From: a virus
Taxonomy: Duplodnaviria > Caudoviricetes
DNA: 39,827 nt
Strand: one strand, 5' to 3'
Virus record (IMG/VR): IMGVR_UViG_3300017700_000482
Coordinates: 1-39,827 of that record
Shown here: positions 17,021 through 25,423 of the stretch, piece by piece
Position numbering within the stretch: the stretch's first letter is position 1
How the letters are laid out: the number at the start of each line of letters is the position of its first letter
Made by a program: the position numbers and the translations under genes
The notes under the pieces: generated by a model
What the model was told of the DNA's origin: nothing
Seen by the model: only the letters and a program-made list of their open reading frames with translations
The model's database searches: none

Positions 17021-17497
17021 ATGGAACGCGACGACCTCGAAGGCAAAACCAAAGACGAATTGCGCGACCTGGCGGAAACGCTCGGCCTGACCGGCATTTC
17101 GCAGGACAACAAGCCGACCATCATCGGCAAGATTCTGGCGCTGTACGATGACGAACCTGCATCAGCCAAGCCCAAGCAAAAAGACCGCAAGGACGTTCCG
17201 CTCGGCGCGCTCTATACGCTCGACGGCAAGAAGCTGGACCGCTCCAATACGCCGGTTTACAGCCTCACTATTTTTGCGACTGAAAGCGATAAATCCGACG
17301 TTGATCTGATCGTTAACGGCCACAACTTGCGCATCCAGCGTAACAAGCAGGTCGAGGTGCTGGAGCCTTTCGTGCAGGCGCTGCGCAATGCAATTATCCA
17401 GACCGTAGTCGAGGACGAAAACGGCGTCCGCGTACCGAGCACGGTAATGAAATTTCCGCATCAGGCGGAGCTGATTTCGACCCCGCAGGCGGCCTAA
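17021..17497 (+). CDS. Protein with N-terminal Rho-N/HeH domain
   Basis: LEGKTKDELRDLAETLGLTGISQDNKPTIIGKIL. Confidence 0.7.
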   Translation: MERDDLEGKTKDELRDLAETLGLTGISQDNKPTIIGKILALYDDEPASAKPKQKDRKDVPLGALYTLDGKKLDRSNTPVYSLTIFATESDKSDVDLIVNGHNLRIQRNKQVEVLEPFVQALRNAIIQTVVEDENGVRVPSTVMKFPHQAELISTPQAA

Positions 17498-17500
17498 TCC

Positions 17501-18151
17501 ATGGCCGTCACCTGGACGCTATTGCGCGAGCAGATCGTCGAGCGTGCGCTGCAGAAATGCGGCGTGCTCGCGGTCGGCGAGCCGGTCCAGCCTGACGACC
17601 AAGTGCTGTGCCTGCAGGCGCTGGACTCGATCCTAAAAAATCTGGTCTGGCGCGGCTACAACTGGCCCGAAACGGTCAGCTATAACACCACCATCAGCCT
17701 CGCCGCGCAGACTGTAAATCTGCCGGCGGACTATTACTCCTGCAATGGCGTCAGCTACATGGATGCCGGCTCGCAGGAGCATGAATTACCGATCCTGCCG
17801 TTCGACCAATACCGCGACATTCCGAAAAAGACCGAGACCGCTGTCTATCCGCGTTTCGGCTACATCGACAATTTCAACGTGCTGTACGTGTGGCCTGTAC
17901 CGGCCTCACCGGTCAGTGCTCGCCTGTACTACCAGAAGATCATCGACGACACCGCGCAGGCCACAGCAACTGCACTCGATGCGCCGTGGATGCTGGGCCT
18001 TATTTACGGCGTTGCGGCAGAGGTCGGCGACGAGTTCGGCGTAGATGAGCGAAGATTGCAGCGTTTCGAGGTAAAATGGCGCGAACAACTTGCGCTAGGA
18101 ATCCAGAATAATGCACCGCCTGCGCACCCATGCATCTCGGTGAATGACTAA
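17501..18151 (+). CDS. Head-tail adaptor (P22 gp4-like)
   Basis: IVERALQKCGVLAVGE...LPADY...LYVWPVP...W..GLIYGVAAE. Confidence 0.8.
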   Translation: MAVTWTLLREQIVERALQKCGVLAVGEPVQPDDQVLCLQALDSILKNLVWRGYNWPETVSYNTTISLAAQTVNLPADYYSCNGVSYMDAGSQEHELPILPFDQYRDIPKKTETAVYPRFGYIDNFNVLYVWPVPASPVSARLYYQKIIDDTAQATATALDAPWMLGLIYGVAAEVGDEFGVDERRLQRFEVKWREQLALGIQNNAPPAHPCISVND

Positions 18152-19581
18152 TGGACTCGCCCTTCATCGGTCCTGCGTACCTGCATCGGTCGGTGAATGC
18201 GGCTGCGCAGCGCTGCGTCAACCTCTATCCCGAAATCATCATCGAGAACGAGAATCGACGGCTGATTCTGGTCGGCTGTCCGGGTCGCCATCTGTTCGCG
18301 ACTGTCGGCGCCGGTCCGATTCGTGGCGCTTGGAAGTGCCAGAAAGACGGTCGCGTGTTTGTGGTCAGTGGCAGCCAGTTGTACGAGGTATACGCCAGCC
18401 AGACGAGCGTATTACGCGGCACGCTGGCGAGCGCATCAGGCCCTGTATCGATGGCGGACAACGGCCTGCAGCTGGCCATTGTCGACGGCCCAAAAATGTA
18501 CATCCTCACCCTGGCAACCAGCAGCTTCGGCGCCGTGACGGATCCGGCATTCCCCGGCGCCAATACCATCGGCTTTCAGGATGGCTATTTCATTTTTAAC
18601 GATCCCGGCACCGGCCGCTTTTACATCACCGCGCTGTATGACGGGTACGACATTAACGCGCTCGATTTCGCGACTGCCGAAGGTGCGCCGGATAACGTCA
18701 TCGCCTTGATCGTCGATCACCGCGAAGTCTGGCTGTTCGGCACCAGCAGCATTGAGGTGTTTTTCAACAGCGGCAACAACTCATTCCCGTTCGAGCGCAT
18801 TCAAGGCGCATTTATTGAGCATGGCTGCGCGGCTGCGTTCTCGCCGGTCAAGATGGACAACTCCGTATTCTGGCTAGGCGCCGACGACAAAGGCCAGGGC
18901 ATGGTCTGGCGGGCCAACGGCTATACGCCGGAGCGGATCAGCACGCACGCCATTGAGTACGCGATCAAGCAATATGCCCGCATCGATGACGCCATTGGCT
19001 TCGCCTATCAGGATGAGGGGCATACGTTCTATCAGCTGACGTTCCCGAGCGCCAACGCCACGTGGGTATATGACGCGGCCACGAAATGGTGGCATGAGCG
19101 CGCATGGACTGACGGCAATGGCGAGCTCAATCGCGTGCGCGAGGAAAGCCATGTTGCTGCGTTCGGCAAGCACATTGTCGGCGACCGCGAAAACGGCAGC
19201 CTTTACGAGCTGAACCTCGACTTCTACGACGACTTCGGCGGCGAGCTGACGGCGCTGCGATCCAGCCCGCACCACAACAACCCGCGATCGTATTTCACGA
19301 ATTACGACCACTTCGAATTGCTGACCGAAACCGGTGTCGGCCTCGATGGCGTCCAGCAGGGCGATGACCCGGTGGTATTGCTCGACTGGTCCAACGATGG
19401 CGGCCATACCTGGAGCCATCAAAAGCGTTTACCGCTGGGCCGCATAGGTGAATTTACCCGGCGCGCTCGCATTAGCCGCTTGGGCCGAAGCCGCAATCGC
19501 GTGTGGCGGACCCGCATCACCGACCCCGTTAAGCGGACGATGACCGGCGTCGATATCGGCGCGCGCGAGGCCGCAGCATGA
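18151..19581 (+). CDS. Tail hub / DNA stabilisation protein (P22 gp10-like)
   Basis: VSMADNG..DGYFIF..FATAEGAPD..HTFYQLTFP..TWVYD..WHER..WSNDGGHTW. Confidence 0.9.
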   Translation: MDSPFIGPAYLHRSVNAAAQRCVNLYPEIIIENENRRLILVGCPGRHLFATVGAGPIRGAWKCQKDGRVFVVSGSQLYEVYASQTSVLRGTLASASGPVSMADNGLQLAIVDGPKMYILTLATSSFGAVTDPAFPGANTIGFQDGYFIFNDPGTGRFYITALYDGYDINALDFATAEGAPDNVIALIVDHREVWLFGTSSIEVFFNSGNNSFPFERIQGAFIEHGCAAAFSPVKMDNSVFWLGADDKGQGMVWRANGYTPERISTHAIEYAIKQYARIDDAIGFAYQDEGHTFYQLTFPSANATWVYDAATKWWHERAWTDGNGELNRVREESHVAAFGKHIVGDRENGSLYELNLDFYDDFGGELTALRSSPHHNNPRSYFTNYDHFELLTETGVGLDGVQQGDDPVVLLDWSNDGGHTWSHQKRLPLGRIGEFTRRARISRLGRSRNRVWRTRITDPVKRTMTGVDIGAREAAA

Positions 19582-20519
19582 TCGCGCCCGTTAACCGATT
19601 CAGTGCGCGCGACGTAGCGGTCGATCGCGAAGGCCGCTTTACATCGCCGATCCTATTTGCGCTCAACAAGCTGGTCAGCATCGTTGGTGGTCGCGATGGC
19701 ATATTGCCGCCCGCCTTCAACTACACGCTGCAGGATGGTTCGGTTTCTTCGCCAGCAATCAGTTTTGTTAGCGAACCCGCGCTGGGCTGGTATCGCTCAG
19801 GGCCTGGCACGCTGGGCATTGCGGCATCGAGCCAGAACATCGTCGACTTTTCTGTCGATGGCGTAAACATCGCGACCATTCCGCCTAACGCTGCAGTGAT
19901 CAATGACGCCTTCGGCAACTTGGCAGGATTGCAGTTGGCTGACGGTGAGCTAATGATGGGCATCACCGGAGCGATACCGATAGCGGGGGCTGTTTCCGGA
20001 ACCGCCAATCAGGTAATCGTCAGCAATGGACCGGGATCTATCACGCTGTCTGCGCCTCAAGATATCGATGCGACCAGCTCCCCCACCTTTGACGGCCTCT
20101 CGCTGACGGGGCTGAACGTCAACGGGTTTTTGCGCGTAATTGCGGGCGGCGTGATTAATGGCTCGATGGCCGCCACTAACGGCCAGTTGCTAATTGGATC
20201 GACCGGCAATCCGCCGCAGCGCAGCAACCTAACCGGTACTGCGAATCAGGTTGTAGTTACGGACGGCCCCGGCTCGATCACGCTCTCGTTGCCGCAGAAT
20301 ATTCACGCGGCAGCTACGCCGACGTTTGACGCACTTACGCTTACCAATGGCTTCGGCTGCAACGGCAAGACGCCGCAGACGGAAGTGACCGTAAACGCTG
20401 CCGTTGCCGGCACCGCTGGGGCTGCGTACACCGCGACCGAGCAGGCCATCATCAACAACCTCGTCACGCTCGTTAATCAGCTGCGCGCCGCTCTGGTGGC
20501 GAACGGGATTGCCGTATGA
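19578..20519 (+). CDS. Tail needle/fibre-like protein with internal duplication
   Basis: Follows gp10-like gene; DGSVSSPAISF motif; two GTANQV..GPGSITLS.PQ.I....PTFD repeats. Confidence 0.65.
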   Translation: MIAPVNRFSARDVAVDREGRFTSPILFALNKLVSIVGGRDGILPPAFNYTLQDGSVSSPAISFVSEPALGWYRSGPGTLGIAASSQNIVDFSVDGVNIATIPPNAAVINDAFGNLAGLQLADGELMMGITGAIPIAGAVSGTANQVIVSNGPGSITLSAPQDIDATSSPTFDGLSLTGLNVNGFLRVIAGGVINGSMAATNGQLLIGSTGNPPQRSNLTGTANQVVVTDGPGSITLSLPQNIHAAATPTFDALTLTNGFGCNGKTPQTEVTVNAAVAGTAGAAYTATEQAIINNLVTLVNQLRAALVANGIAV

Positions 20520-21079
20520 AGAATTTTCGCCTCATTGCTGACGGCATTGATGTGCTGCCGCTGAATATGCAGCTGCAGCGCCAGCCCGAGCTGTGGAATC
20601 AGCACCGCGAGCGCAAGATTGCGCCAGACAGCCCGCACGCGGAAATGTCCGATATATGGGTGCGCTATAACGATCGTGCGCCTTACGAGGCCAGCGGAGA
20701 TTTTAGCGGCATCAATGACGCTCATTTTCCGATTTGGTACCCGGCCTGGTACAAGCTGCCGGCATTGCGCCCTATCGTGTTCGGCCTGGCCGCGCGCATG
20801 GAAGCAGTAATGATCGGCGGCATCCTGATTACAAAGATTCCGCGCGGCGGCGCCATTGCGCCACATGCAGACAAAGGCTGGCACCCCGAATACTTCAACA
20901 CCAAAATTTATGTCGTGCTGCAATCGAACCCGCACTGCGCGAACCGTGTCGAGGACGAAAGCGTGGTGATGAAAACCGGCGAAGCCTGGTATTTCGACAA
21001 CACGAAAGAGCATGAGGTTAATAACTTGGGTGGCGACGATCGGATGACACTTATTGTCTGCTTGAGGTGCGAAGAATGA
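20516..21079 (+). CDS. Aspartyl/asparaginyl beta-hydroxylase-like 2OG-Fe(II) dioxygenase
   Basis: I.PHAD (HxD)...GEAWYFDNTKEHEV.N...DR..LI facial triad and 2OG-binding Arg. Confidence 0.88.
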   Translation: MKNFRLIADGIDVLPLNMQLQRQPELWNQHRERKIAPDSPHAEMSDIWVRYNDRAPYEASGDFSGINDAHFPIWYPAWYKLPALRPIVFGLAARMEAVMIGGILITKIPRGGAIAPHADKGWHPEYFNTKIYVVLQSNPHCANRVEDESVVMKTGEAWYFDNTKEHEVNNLGGDDRMTLIVCLRCEE

Positions 21080-21426
21080 CGCATTCCATGCCACAAGTCA
21101 GCGCCGACCGCTTCGAGTTACCCGACGTTGAGTTTGCTATGCCTGATGGCATTTTCATTAAGCAGATGGCAATGGATCGGGCGGGTATTGTCGTGCCGCA
21201 GCATTCGCACACCTATGACCATTGTTCGATGCTGGCCGCTGGTTCGGTGCGTGTGTGGAAAGACGGCGAATTCTGGCAAGACATTCGTGCGCCGCTGCCG
21301 ATCCTGATTAAGGCCGGCGTGAAGCATACATTTATGAGTCTGGAGCCGGCGGTTATTTACTGCATCCATCGCACCGATCGCAACGGCAAAGTCGATATAG
21401 AGTCAGAAGGCGAATTGCCCGAGTAA
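21076..21426 (+). CDS. Cupin-domain protein
   Basis: PQHSHTYDHCSMLAAGSVRV...I.AGVKHTF; ATGA-coupled to the hydroxylase. Confidence 0.82.
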   Translation: MTHSMPQVSADRFELPDVEFAMPDGIFIKQMAMDRAGIVVPQHSHTYDHCSMLAAGSVRVWKDGEFWQDIRAPLPILIKAGVKHTFMSLEPAVIYCIHRTDRNGKVDIESEGELPE

Positions 21427-21441
21427 TGCAATATTAGTGCA

Positions 21442-21455
21442 ACGCTGTGAAGCGT
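21442..21455 (+). promoter_or_regulatory. Late-module hairpin motif, copy 3 (compensatory A-T pair)
   Basis: ACGCT-GTGA-AGCGT before the GGAGG RBS of the ejection genes. Confidence 0.65.
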
Positions 21456-21471
21456 CGCGGAGGTTACAAAA

Positions 21472-22398
21472 ATGCCATTTGCCGCAGCTGCAACGGTCAT
21501 TGGTGCGGGCGCCGCCATTTATGGTGCCAATAAGTCTGCTGACGCACTGGAAAGTGCCGGCGAGGATTCAAACGCCACCCAGCTCCAAATGTACAACCAG
21601 TCGCGCGACGATCAGGAGCCGTTCCGCGATGCGGGATACAGCGCTTTGGAGCAATTGCGCGCCGGCCTCGGGCTGGGCACCACAGGCACCAACGCCAGCA
21701 ACGGTAAGCCGACCGAAGAAAACTTCGACGTCGACGCATACCTCGCCGCGAATTCTGACGTCGCGAAAAATCCCAATTGGGCGCCGCTCGCATATCAGCA
21801 TTATTTGCAGCACGGCAAGGACGAGGGTCGGCAATTCACCTATAAGCCCGGTACCGAGCCGCAAGCTGCTGGCGCCGGCACAGCAAATACAGGCGTCGGC
21901 GACCTCAACCGCAATTTTTCGATGGCCGATTATCAGGCCGACCCCGGCTACAAATTCCGGCTCGACCAGGGTACGCAGGCGCTTGAGCGTTCTGCGGCGG
22001 CGCGTGGCGGCCTCCTGTCTGGCGGCACGCTGAAAGACCTCACCGACTACCAGCAAGGCTCCGCAAGCCAGGAATACGGCAACGCCTTCAATCGCTTCAA
22101 CACCGAGCAGGATAAGCGCTTCAATCGCCTTGCCAGCCTTGCCGGCGTCGGCCAGACCGCGACCAATACGATCAACAATATCGGCACGCAGACCGCGCAG
22201 AACATCGGGCAGACGCAACAGTCTATCGGCAATGCGCGGGCGAGCGGTTATGTCGGCGCGGCCAATGGCGCCACCAGCGCGATCGGCAATGGCATCAATC
22301 AATACCAAAATCAGAAGCTGCTGGACAAAATTGGCCCAAACGCGGCCAACGATGATTACAGCTCGGTCGACAACTTCAAATACTTCGGGACGGGCTGA
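21472..22398 (+). CDS. DNA ejection/pilot protein (P22 gp7-like)
   Basis: Hydrophobic Ala/Gly N-terminus; PFRDAG, DPGYKFRLDQG..SAAARGGLLSG. Confidence 0.85.
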   Translation: MPFAAAATVIGAGAAIYGANKSADALESAGEDSNATQLQMYNQSRDDQEPFRDAGYSALEQLRAGLGLGTTGTNASNGKPTEENFDVDAYLAANSDVAKNPNWAPLAYQHYLQHGKDEGRQFTYKPGTEPQAAGAGTANTGVGDLNRNFSMADYQADPGYKFRLDQGTQALERSAAARGGLLSGGTLKDLTDYQQGSASQEYGNAFNRFNTEQDKRFNRLASLAGVGQTATNTINNIGTQTAQNIGQTQQSIGNARASGYVGAANGATSAIGNGINQYQNQKLLDKIGPNAANDDYSSVDNFKYFGTG

Positions 22399-22400
22399 TC

Positions 22401-23654
22401 ATGGCTTTAGATGCTTCTATTCCGCTGCAAGTCCGCCCACTCGACATTGGCGACCCGCTGGAGCGTGCCGGCAAGCTTGCGCGCCTCCAGGCTTTACAGG
22501 GGTCGGGCCAGCTCCAACAGCTGCAGCTCCAAGAGGCGCAGCAAGGTGCTGCCGATCGCCGCAGCCTGAAAGACATTGGTATGAATGCCGTCACCACCGA
22601 TGCAGACGGCAATAAATCCATCGATCGCAAAAAGCTGCTCACCGGGCTGTATGGCGTCGATCCGCTCGCAGCGTCAAAGGTGGAGGGCGACTATGCGGAG
22701 TCCGACAGCAAGGCGAAGAAGGCGACTGCGGAGGCGCGCAAATCCGAGATTGAAGGTCAGCTGCAGACATTCGAAATAATCAGCCGCGTCGCAAGCGGCG
22801 TTACCGATCAGCCCAGCTACGACGCCGGACGCAAACAGCTTCAGGACATGCGCATCGATACATCGGCCATGCCGGCAGAGTTCAACCCTGCTGCGATGAA
22901 AGTGAACCAGATGCGGGCGCTGAGTATGAAGGACCGCCTGGACCAGGAATACAAAAAGCTGACGGCCGGCGAGACAGCTCGGCACAATCGTGCAATGGAA
23001 AGCAAGCAGGGCGCCGACAATAACAAACCTCCGGCCGGTTATCGCTGGGCGGCCGACGGCAGCCTCGAGGCCATTCAGGGCGGCCCCGCCGACAAGAAAG
23101 AAGGTCAGCGAAACGCCGTGCCGACCGAGGGCGAGCGCAAGGCCGCAACCCTGTACTCGCGCCTGAAATTCTCAGAGCAGCAGCTGCAGGATGCGCTGCA
23201 GGGTGCGCCGAATGCCGCCAATCCATCGCTGGTATCAGAAGGCGCCCGCGCTGTCGCTGGAGATACTGCCGCCAACGCCCTTACGGGTCAGGCGCGCCAG
23301 CGCGTTGAAGCGGCACAGCTCGATTTGCTCGACGCCGCTTTGACGCTCGGCACCGGTGCGGCATATACGAAAGAACAGCTTCGTGGTTACGCGCGCAGCT
23401 ACTTCCCTCAGATCGGCGACGACGATAAGACCGTTGCCGACAAGCAGGCTCGTTTGCAAAACGTCATCGGTGCTGCGCGAATCAGCGCGGGTCGCGCGGC
23501 AGAGGATGCAGACGCCATGCCCGGCCCGGTTAATCGGGATGCTGCGCCGGCTGCCGGAAAATATGCAGTCGGGCAGATCATCGAACAGGGTGGCAAGAAA
23601 TACCGCGTTACCGGCGGCGATCCGAACGACCCCGATGTTGAGGAAGTGCAATGA
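22401..23654 (+). CDS. DNA ejection protein (gp20-like)
   Basis: MALDASIPL start; ETARHNRAME and PPAGYRW..GSLEAIQGGPAD motifs; position. Confidence 0.7.
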   Translation: MALDASIPLQVRPLDIGDPLERAGKLARLQALQGSGQLQQLQLQEAQQGAADRRSLKDIGMNAVTTDADGNKSIDRKKLLTGLYGVDPLAASKVEGDYAESDSKAKKATAEARKSEIEGQLQTFEIISRVASGVTDQPSYDAGRKQLQDMRIDTSAMPAEFNPAAMKVNQMRALSMKDRLDQEYKKLTAGETARHNRAMESKQGADNNKPPAGYRWAADGSLEAIQGGPADKKEGQRNAVPTEGERKAATLYSRLKFSEQQLQDALQGAPNAANPSLVSEGARAVAGDTAANALTGQARQRVEAAQLDLLDAALTLGTGAAYTKEQLRGYARSYFPQIGDDDKTVADKQARLQNVIGAARISAGRAAEDADAMPGPVNRDAAPAAGKYAVGQIIEQGGKKYRVTGGDPNDPDVEEVQ

Positions 23655-25288
23655 AGCTTTCCGAGGTTTCTGCTGCGCCTGTCCCGCGACTCAAATTGAG
23701 CCAAGTGCAGGCCGCCGCGCCGGCAGCTGAACCGGACCTTTTAACCAAGGCTGGCGATGTGCTGCGCGGATTTCGCGACATTCCGCAGGCTGGCTCGCAG
23801 ATGCTTATGCACGCGCTGCCGGAATCTGTAGTCGCAAAAGGCAATGAATTAATTGGTGCGGCAAACAACCTGCCAGTTATCGGTCCGGCTACGCGCGCAC
23901 TCGGTATCGAACCGCAAACCACGCAACAGTACGACCAGTCGATCCAGCAGGATGAGCAGGCCTACCAGCAACGCCGCCAGCAGGCCGGCGACACCGGCCT
24001 CGATGGTACTCGGCTGGCTGGCAATATCATCGCCACAGCCCCGATCGCAACTGCAACTGGCGGTGCTGGCTTCGTGCCTGCCGTGGCACAGGGTGGCGCG
24101 CTTGGCGCGTTACAGCCGGTCGTGGATGGCGGCGAGAATTTCGCGAGCGATAAGGCGAAGCAAGTCGCGCTCGGCGCCGGCACGGCAGGCCTGCTCAATC
24201 GTGTCGGCGCGGGCGTTTCTCGAGTAATCAGCCCGAACGTAAATCCCGAAGTGCAGGCACTGATGGATGCCGGCATTACCCCTACGCCCGGGCAGATCAT
24301 GGGTGGCGCTGCGGCGAAGCTGGAATCAAAAGCAACCTCCATCCCGCTGATCGGCGATGCGATCGCATCGGGGCAGCGCCGCGCGATCAATGAGTTCAAC
24401 GAGGCCGCGTATAACCGCGCACTGGAACCGATTGGGCTGCAGGCGAATGGTATTGGCAGGGGCGGACTGCAGGGTGTGCGCCGGGCGCTGGGTGATGCCT
24501 ACGACAACCTTCTACCTCGTCTCAATTTCCAGCCCGACGCGCAATTTGCGCAAGAGGTGAATCGCCTGCGCGGCATGGCCGCAAATCTCCCGGAAGCCCA
24601 GGCGCGCCGATTTGAAGCTGTATTGCAGGATCAGCTCGGCAAGGCTGCTCCGAATGGCGGCATGGTAGGACAGACATTCAAGGGCGTGGAGGACGAGCTC
24701 ACCCGGATCGCCAAGGGTTATCGCGGCGACGCATCTTTCGACAATCGCGAGCTCGGTAACGCCATCGGCGAGCTGCTCACATCAATGCGCGGCAACCTTG
24801 TGCGCAGCAACCCGCAATATGCGCAGGAGCTGCAGGGCATAAATTTAGGTTACGCGAACTATGCGCGACTGCGGCGCGCTGCGTCGAGCGTAGGAGCGGA
24901 GAGCGGAGTATTCACGCCGGCACAGCTTCAAAACGCGGTCAAGGCTTCGGATACATCGGTCGGCAAAGGACAGTTCGCTACCGGCAATGCGCTGATGCAG
25001 GATTTATCGGAGGCCGGGAAAAATGTACTCGGCAGCAAATATCCAGACTCCGGCACTGCTGGCCGCACGCTGCTGGGCCTTGCTGGTGCTGGCGGCCTTG
25101 CTGCAATCAGCCCGGGTGCGGTCGTTGGCGGTGGCGCGGCATCACTGGCCTACACGCCGCAGGGCCAGCGTCTCGTCGCGCAATTACTCACTCAGCGACC
25201 AGACATTGCGCCAGAGATTTCTCGACTTTTGCTTCAGCTGTCCCCAGCCGCGAGCGCAGGGGGGGCCGTAGCGGTCACCGGCAACTGA
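23651..25288 (+). CDS. DNA ejection protein (gp16-like)
   Basis: Gly/Ala-rich hydrophobic segments, TPGQI, PDSGTAGR; third gene of the ejection cluster. Confidence 0.7.
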   Translation: MKLSEVSAAPVPRLKLSQVQAAAPAAEPDLLTKAGDVLRGFRDIPQAGSQMLMHALPESVVAKGNELIGAANNLPVIGPATRALGIEPQTTQQYDQSIQQDEQAYQQRRQQAGDTGLDGTRLAGNIIATAPIATATGGAGFVPAVAQGGALGALQPVVDGGENFASDKAKQVALGAGTAGLLNRVGAGVSRVISPNVNPEVQALMDAGITPTPGQIMGGAAAKLESKATSIPLIGDAIASGQRRAINEFNEAAYNRALEPIGLQANGIGRGGLQGVRRALGDAYDNLLPRLNFQPDAQFAQEVNRLRGMAANLPEAQARRFEAVLQDQLGKAAPNGGMVGQTFKGVEDELTRIAKGYRGDASFDNRELGNAIGELLTSMRGNLVRSNPQYAQELQGINLGYANYARLRRAASSVGAESGVFTPAQLQNAVKASDTSVGKGQFATGNALMQDLSEAGKNVLGSKYPDSGTAGRTLLGLAGAGGLAAISPGAVVGGGAASLAYTPQGQRLVAQLLTQRPDIAPEISRLLLQLSPAASAGGAVAVTGN

Positions 25289-25363
25289 CCACAGCCATTT
25301 CCATACAGGGAAGAGCGCCCAAAAAGAGGCGACCAGAATTACTCGGAGGGTGGATTCGGACAT
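25184..25363 (-). CDS. Small antisense membrane protein (59 aa, not in ORF track), possible superinfection exclusion
   Basis: MSESTLRVILVASFWALFPVWKWLWSVAG..., GAGAG upstream, convergent with the gp16-like gene. Confidence 0.4.
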   Translation of the reverse strand: MSESTLRVILVASFWALFPVWKWLWSVAGDRYGPPCARGWGQLKQKSRNLWRNVWSLSE

Positions 25364-25386
25364 TCAATCTCTCGATGCAACACCAC

Positions 25387-25400
25387 GCGCTGTGAAGCGC
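25387..25400 (+). promoter_or_regulatory. Late-module hairpin motif, copy 4
   Basis: GCGCT-GTGA-AGCGC before the AGGAG RBS of the tailspike. Confidence 0.65.
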
Positions 25401-25423
25401 CGCAGTCCTAATTAGGAGTAGTT

